Virus record (IMG/VR): IMGVR_UViG_2740892019_000001
Source: a virus
Taxonomy: Duplodnaviria > Heunggongvirae > Uroviricota > Caudoviricetes
Strand: one strand, 5' to 3'
DNA: 6,466 bases
The first letter of the stretch is position 1. Each line of letters starts with the position of its first letter. The translations under genes and the position numbers were made by a program. The notes beneath the pieces are model-generated. The model was given only the letters and a program-made list of their open reading frames with translations, was not told where the DNA came from and ran no database searches. Of the stretch, positions 1-6,466 are shown piece after piece.

Positions 1-3239
<3,239 letters not shown>

Positions 3240-3259
<20 letters not shown>

Positions 3260-4559
3260 TCTCCCGCATATTGCCAGCATGGCTTTTAATGAGCCGCTGA
3301 TGCTTGAACCCGCCTATGCGCGGGTTTTCTTTTGTGCGCTTGCAGGCCAGCTTGGGATCAGCCGCCTGACGGATGCGGTGTCCGGTGACAGCCTGACTGC
3401 CGGAGAGGCACCCGCGACGCTGGCGTTATCCGGTGATGGTGACGGACCACGACAGGCCCGCAGTTATCAGGTCATGAACGGCATCGCCGTGCTGCCGGTG
3501 TCCGGCACGCTGGTCAGCCGGACGCGGGCGCTGCAGCCGTATTCGGGGATGACCGGTTACAACGGCATTATCGCCCGTCTGCAACAGGCTGCCAGCGACC
3601 CGATGGTGGACGGCATTCTGCTGGATATGGACACGCCCGGCGGGATGGTGGCGGGAGCATTTGACTGCGCTGACATCATCGCCCGTGTGCGTGACATAAA
3701 ACCGGTATGGGCGCTGGCCAACGACATGAACTGCAGTGCAGGTCAGCTGCTTGCCAGCGCCGCCTCCCGGCGTCTGGTCACGCAGACCGCCCGGACAGGC
3801 TCCATCGGCGTCATGATGGCTCACAGTAATTACGGTGCTGCGCTGGAGAAACAGGGCGTGGAAATCACGCTGATTTACAGCGGCAGCCATAAGGTGGATG
3901 GCAACCCCTACAGCCATCTTCCGGATGACGTCCGGGAGACACTGCAATCCCGGATGGACGCAACCCGCCAGATGTTTGCGCAGAAAGTGTCGGCATATAC
4001 CGGCCTGTCTGTGCAGGCTGTGCTGGATACCGAGGCTGCAGTGTACAGCGGTCAGGAGGCCATTGATGCCGGACTGGCTGATGAACTTGTCAACAGCACC
4101 GATGCGATCACCGTTATGCGTGATGCACTGGATGCACGTAAATCCCGTCTCTCAGGAGGGCGAATGACCAAAGAGACTCAATCAACAGCTGTTTCAGCCA
4201 CTGCTTCGCAGGCTGACGTTACTGACGTGGTGCCAGCGACGGAGGGTGAAAACGCCAGCACGGCGCAGCCGGACGTGAACGCGCAGATCACTGCAGCGGT
4301 TGCGGCAGAAAACAGCCGCATTATGGGGATACTCAACTGTGAGGAGGCTCACGGACGCGAAGAACAGGCACGCGTGCTGGCAGAAACCCCCGGTATGACC
4401 GTGGAAACGGCCCGCCGCATTCTGGCTGCAGCACCACAGAGTGCACAGGCGCGCAGTGACACTGCGCTGGATCGTCTGATGCAGGGGGCACCGGCACCGC
4501 TGGCTGCAGGTAACCCGGCATCTGATGCCGTTAACGATTTGCTGAACACACCAGTGTAA
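3240..4559 (+). CDS. C: Head maturation protease / scaffold gpC (439 aa; S49 SppA-like serine peptidase family)
   Basis: GTG start at 3240, preceded by GAGGAGGAG at 3227-3235, overlapping the last 20 nt of B in a different frame. Product MTAELRNLPHIASMAFNEPLML... is recognised as lambda gpC. The ORF-track start at 3126 is an upstream in-frame extension lying inside B. Stop TAA at 4557-4559. Confidence 0.9.
3954..4559 (+). CDS. Nu3: Scaffolding protein Nu3 (201 aa), translated from an internal in-frame ATG of C and sharing the C-terminal third of gpC
   Basis: In-frame ATG at 3954 (MDATRQMFAQKVSAYTGLS...) in the same frame as C (3240 and 3954 are both 0 mod 3). This matches the nested C/Nu3 arrangement known for lambda. 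No strong SD is visible immediately upstream, so the start assignment rests on homology and recalled annotation rather than sequence signals. Confidence 0.68.
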   Translation: MDATRQMFAQKVSAYTGLSVQAVLDTEAAVYSGQEAIDAGLADELVNSTDAITVMRDALDARKSRLSGGRMTKETQSTAVSATASQADVTDVVPATEGENASTAQPDVNAQITAAVAAENSRIMGILNCEEAHGREEQARVLAETPGMTVETARRILAAAPQSAQARSDTALDRLMQGAPAPLAAGNPASDAVNDLLNTPV

Positions 4560-4568
4560 GGGATGTTT

Positions 4569-4901
4569 ATGACGAGCAAAGAAACCTTTACCCATAACCA
4601 GCCGCTGGGCAACAGTGACCCGGCTCATACCGCAACCGCGCCCGGCGGATTGAGTGCGAAAGCGCCTGCAATGACCCCGCTGATGCTGGACACCTCCACC
4701 CGTAAGCTGGTTGCGTGGGATGGCACCACCGACGGTGCTGCTGTTGGCATTCTTGCGGTTGCTGCTGACCAGACCAGCACCACGCTGACGTTCTACAAGT
4801 CCGGCACGTTCCGTTATGAGGATGTGCTCTGGCCGGAGGCTGCCAGCGACGAGACGAAAAAACGGACCGCGTTTGCCGGAACGGCAATCAGCATCGTTTA
4901 A
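4569..4901 (+). CDS. D: Head decoration protein gpD (110 aa)
   Basis: ATG at 4569 with AAGGGA SD at 4558-4563 (5-nt spacer). Product MTSKETFTH...GTAISIV is recognised as lambda gpD. The ORF-track start at 4563 (MFM...) abuts the SD and is unlikely to be used. Stop TAA at 4899-4901. Confidence 0.93.
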   Translation: MTSKETFTHNQPLGNSDPAHTATAPGGLSAKAPAMTPLMLDTSTRKLVAWDGTTDGAAVGILAVAADQTSTTLTFYKSGTFRYEDVLWPEAASDETKKRTAFAGTAISIV

Positions 4902-4918
4902 TCTTCCCCTTCATCAAC

Positions 4919-4943
4919 AAAGGCCGCCTGTGCGGCTTTTTTT
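4919..4943 (+). terminator. Candidate intrinsic-terminator-like hairpin in the D-E intergenic region
   Basis: 5-bp GC-rich stem GCCGC (4923-4927) / GCGGC (4932-4936) with loop CUGU, extendable by flanking A-U and G-U pairs (AAAG...UUUU), followed directly by a 7-nt T run (4937-4943). It lies 18 nt after the D stop and 14 nt before the E start. Confidence 0.5.
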
Positions 4944-4956
4944 ACGGGATTTTTTT

Positions 4957-5982
4957 ATGTCGATGTACACAACCGCCCAGCTGCTGGCGGCAAATGAGCA
5001 GAAATTTAAGTTTGATCCGCTGTTTCTGCGTCTCTTTTTCCGTGAAAGCTATCCCTTCACCACGGAGAAAGTCTATCTCTCACAAATTCCGGGACTGGTA
5101 AACATGGCGCTGTACGTTTCGCCGATTGTTTCCGGTGAGGTTATCCGCTCCCGTGGCGGCTCCACCTCCGAATTTACGCCGGGATATGTCAAGCCGAAGC
5201 ATGAGGTGAATCCGCAGATGACCCTGCGTCGCCTGCCGGATGAAGATCCGCAGAATCTGGCGGACCCGGCTTACCGCCGCCGTCGCATCATCATGCAGAA
5301 CATGCGTGACGAAGAGCTGGCCATTGCTCAGGTCGAAGAGATGCAGGCAGTTTCTGCCGTGCTTAAGGGCAAATACACCATGACCGGTGAAGCCTTCGAT
5401 CCGGTTGAGGTGGATATGGGCCGCAGTGCCGCGAACAACATCACACAGTCCGGTGGCACGGAGTGGAGCAAGCGTGACAAGTCCACGTATGACCCGACCG
5501 ACGATATCGAAGCCTATGCGCTGAACGCCAGCGGTGTGATTGATATCATCGTGTTTGATCCGAAAGGCTGGGCGCTGTTCCGTTCCTTCAAAGCCGTCAA
5601 GGAGAAGCTGGATACCCGTCGCGGCTCTCATTCCGAGCTGGAGACAGCGGTAAAAGACCTGGGCAAAGCGGTGTCCTATAAGGGGATGTATGGCGATGTG
5701 GCCATCGTCGTGTATTCCGGACAGTACGTGGAAAACGGCGTCAAAAAGAACTTCCTGCCGGACAACACGATGGTGCTGGGTAACACTCATGCACGCGGTC
5801 TGCGCACCTATGGCTGTATTCAGGATGCGGATGCATTGAGTGAGGGTATTAATGCGTCTCCCCGTTATCCGAAAAACTGGAAGACATCCGGAGATCCGGC
5901 GCGAGAGTTCACCATGATTCAGTCAGCACCGCTGATGCTGCTGGCTGACCCTGATGAGTTCGTGTCCGTACAACTGGCGTAA
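4957..5982 (+). CDS. E: Major capsid protein gpE (341 aa)
   Basis: ATG at 4957; product MSMYTTAQLLAANEQKFKFDPLFLRLFFRESYPFTTEKVYLSQIPGLVNMALYVSP...VSVQLA is recognised as the lambda major capsid protein. The ORF-track start at 4816 is an upstream in-frame extension running through the D 3' end and the terminator hairpin. Stop TAA at 5980-5982. Confidence 0.96.
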   Translation: MSMYTTAQLLAANEQKFKFDPLFLRLFFRESYPFTTEKVYLSQIPGLVNMALYVSPIVSGEVIRSRGGSTSEFTPGYVKPKHEVNPQMTLRRLPDEDPQNLADPAYRRRRIIMQNMRDEELAIAQVEEMQAVSAVLKGKYTMTGEAFDPVEVDMGRSAANNITQSGGTEWSKRDKSTYDPTDDIEAYALNASGVIDIIVFDPKGWALFRSFKAVKEKLDTRRGSHSELETAVKDLGKAVSYKGMYGDVAIVVYSGQYVENGVKKNFLPDNTMVLGNTHARGLRTYGCIQDADALSEGINASPRYPKNWKTSGDPAREFTMIQSAPLMLLADPDEFVSVQLA

Positions 5983-5984
5983 TC

Positions 5985-6010
5985 ATGGCCCTTCGGGGCC
6001 ATTTTCTCTC
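5985..6010 (+). terminator. Candidate stable hairpin (UUCG tetraloop) with U-rich tail in the E-FI intergenic region
   Basis: Perfect 7-bp stem ATGGCCC (5985-5991) / GGGCCAT (5996-6002) with loop TTCG (5992-5995), followed by TTTCTCTC (6003-6010). It begins 3 nt after the E stop. Confidence 0.5.
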
Positions 6011-6023
6011 TGTGGAGGAGTCC

Positions 6024-6419
6024 ATGACGAAAGATGAACTGATTGCCCGTCTCCGGTCGCTGGGTGAGCAACTGAACCGTGATGTCAGCCTGACGGGGAC
6101 GAAAGAAGAACTGGCGCTCCGTGTGGCAGAGCTGGAAGAGGAGCTTGATGACACGGATGACACTGCCGGTCAGGACACCCCTCTCAGCCCGGAAAATGTG
6201 CTGACCGGGCATGAAAATGAGGTTGTATCAGCGCAGCCGGATACCGTGACTGATACGGCTGATCTGGTCACGGTTGTGGCACTGGTGACGCTGCATACTG
6301 ATGCACTTCACGCCACGCGGGATGAGGCTGTGGCATTTGTGCTGCCGGGAACGGCGTTCCGTGTCTCTGCCGGTGTGGCAGCTGAAATGACAGAGCGCGG
6401 CCTGGCCAGAATGCAATAA
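6024..6419 (+). CDS. FI: DNA-packaging / head assembly protein gpFI (131 aa)
   Basis: ATG at 6024 with GGAGGAG SD at 6014-6020. Product MTKDELIARLRSLGEQLNRDVSLTGTKEELALRVAEL... is recognised as lambda gpFI. The ORF-track start at 5985 lies inside the intergenic hairpin stem and is rejected. Stop TAA at 6417-6419. Confidence 0.9.
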   Translation: MTKDELIARLRSLGEQLNRDVSLTGTKEELALRVAELEEELDDTDDTAGQDTPLSPENVLTGHENEVVSAQPDTVTDTADLVTVVALVTLHTDALHATRDEAVAFVLPGTAFRVSAGVAAEMTERGLARMQ

Positions 6420-6430
6420 CGGGAGGCGCT

Positions 6431-6466
6431 GTGGCTGATTTCGATAACCTGTTCGATGCTGCCATT
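6431..6466 (+). CDS. FII: Head-tail joining protein gpFII, first 12 codons only (3' end lies beyond the window)
   Basis: GTG at 6431 preceded by GGGAGG at 6421-6426; translation (M)ADFDNLFDAAI matches the N-terminus of lambda gpFII as recalled, and it sits in the expected position after FI. Too short for independent support. Confidence 0.75.
   Translation, partial: MADFDNLFDAAI

Noticed and set aside
4816-4956. Upstream in-frame extension of E (388-aa ORF starting at 4816)
   Set aside because: It runs through the D 3' end and the intergenic hairpin and T-tract. The recognised gpE N-terminus (MSMYTTAQ) starts at 4957.
5080-5790. 236-aa minus-strand ORF antisense to E, plus other minus-strand ORFs (688-1164, 1652-2092, 3426-3947, 4194-4628, 5909-6212)
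   Set aside because: All lie antisense to well-supported, densely packed structural genes in GC-rich DNA, where long antisense open frames arise by chance. None has a start context or composition I can support, and none resembles a protein I recognise.
5985-6023. Upstream in-frame extension of FI (ATG at 5985)
   Set aside because: That ATG forms part of the intergenic hairpin stem and has no SD. The recognised FI N-terminus (MTKDELIA) starts at 6024 after GGAGGAG.

Overview
The window is a contiguous, single-strand (+) block of a lambda-type (lambdoid siphovirus) head morphogenesis and DNA-packaging module, in the canonical order A (terminase large subunit, 5' end outside the window) - W - B (portal) - C (head protease/scaffold) with nested Nu3 - D (decoration) - E (major capsid) - FI - FII (3' end outside the window). 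I recognise the translated proteins as essentially those of coliphage lambda itself; identity cannot be computed here, but gene lengths and spacing match the lambda reference layout as I recall it, apart from an apparent one-codon difference in FI. Genes are tightly packed, with ATGA stop/start overlaps at A/W and W/B and a 20-nt out-of-frame B/C overlap. The only non-coding structure is two short intergenic hairpins, one between D and E and one between E and FI. I find no evidence of a previously undescribed system: there is no unexplained coding space, no minus-strand gene I can support, and no moron, defence cassette, tRNA, CRISPR array or mobile element. Whether this is a free phage genome or a prophage cannot be decided from this window. 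Several starts in the supplied ORF track are upstream in-frame artefacts and are corrected in the feature list.
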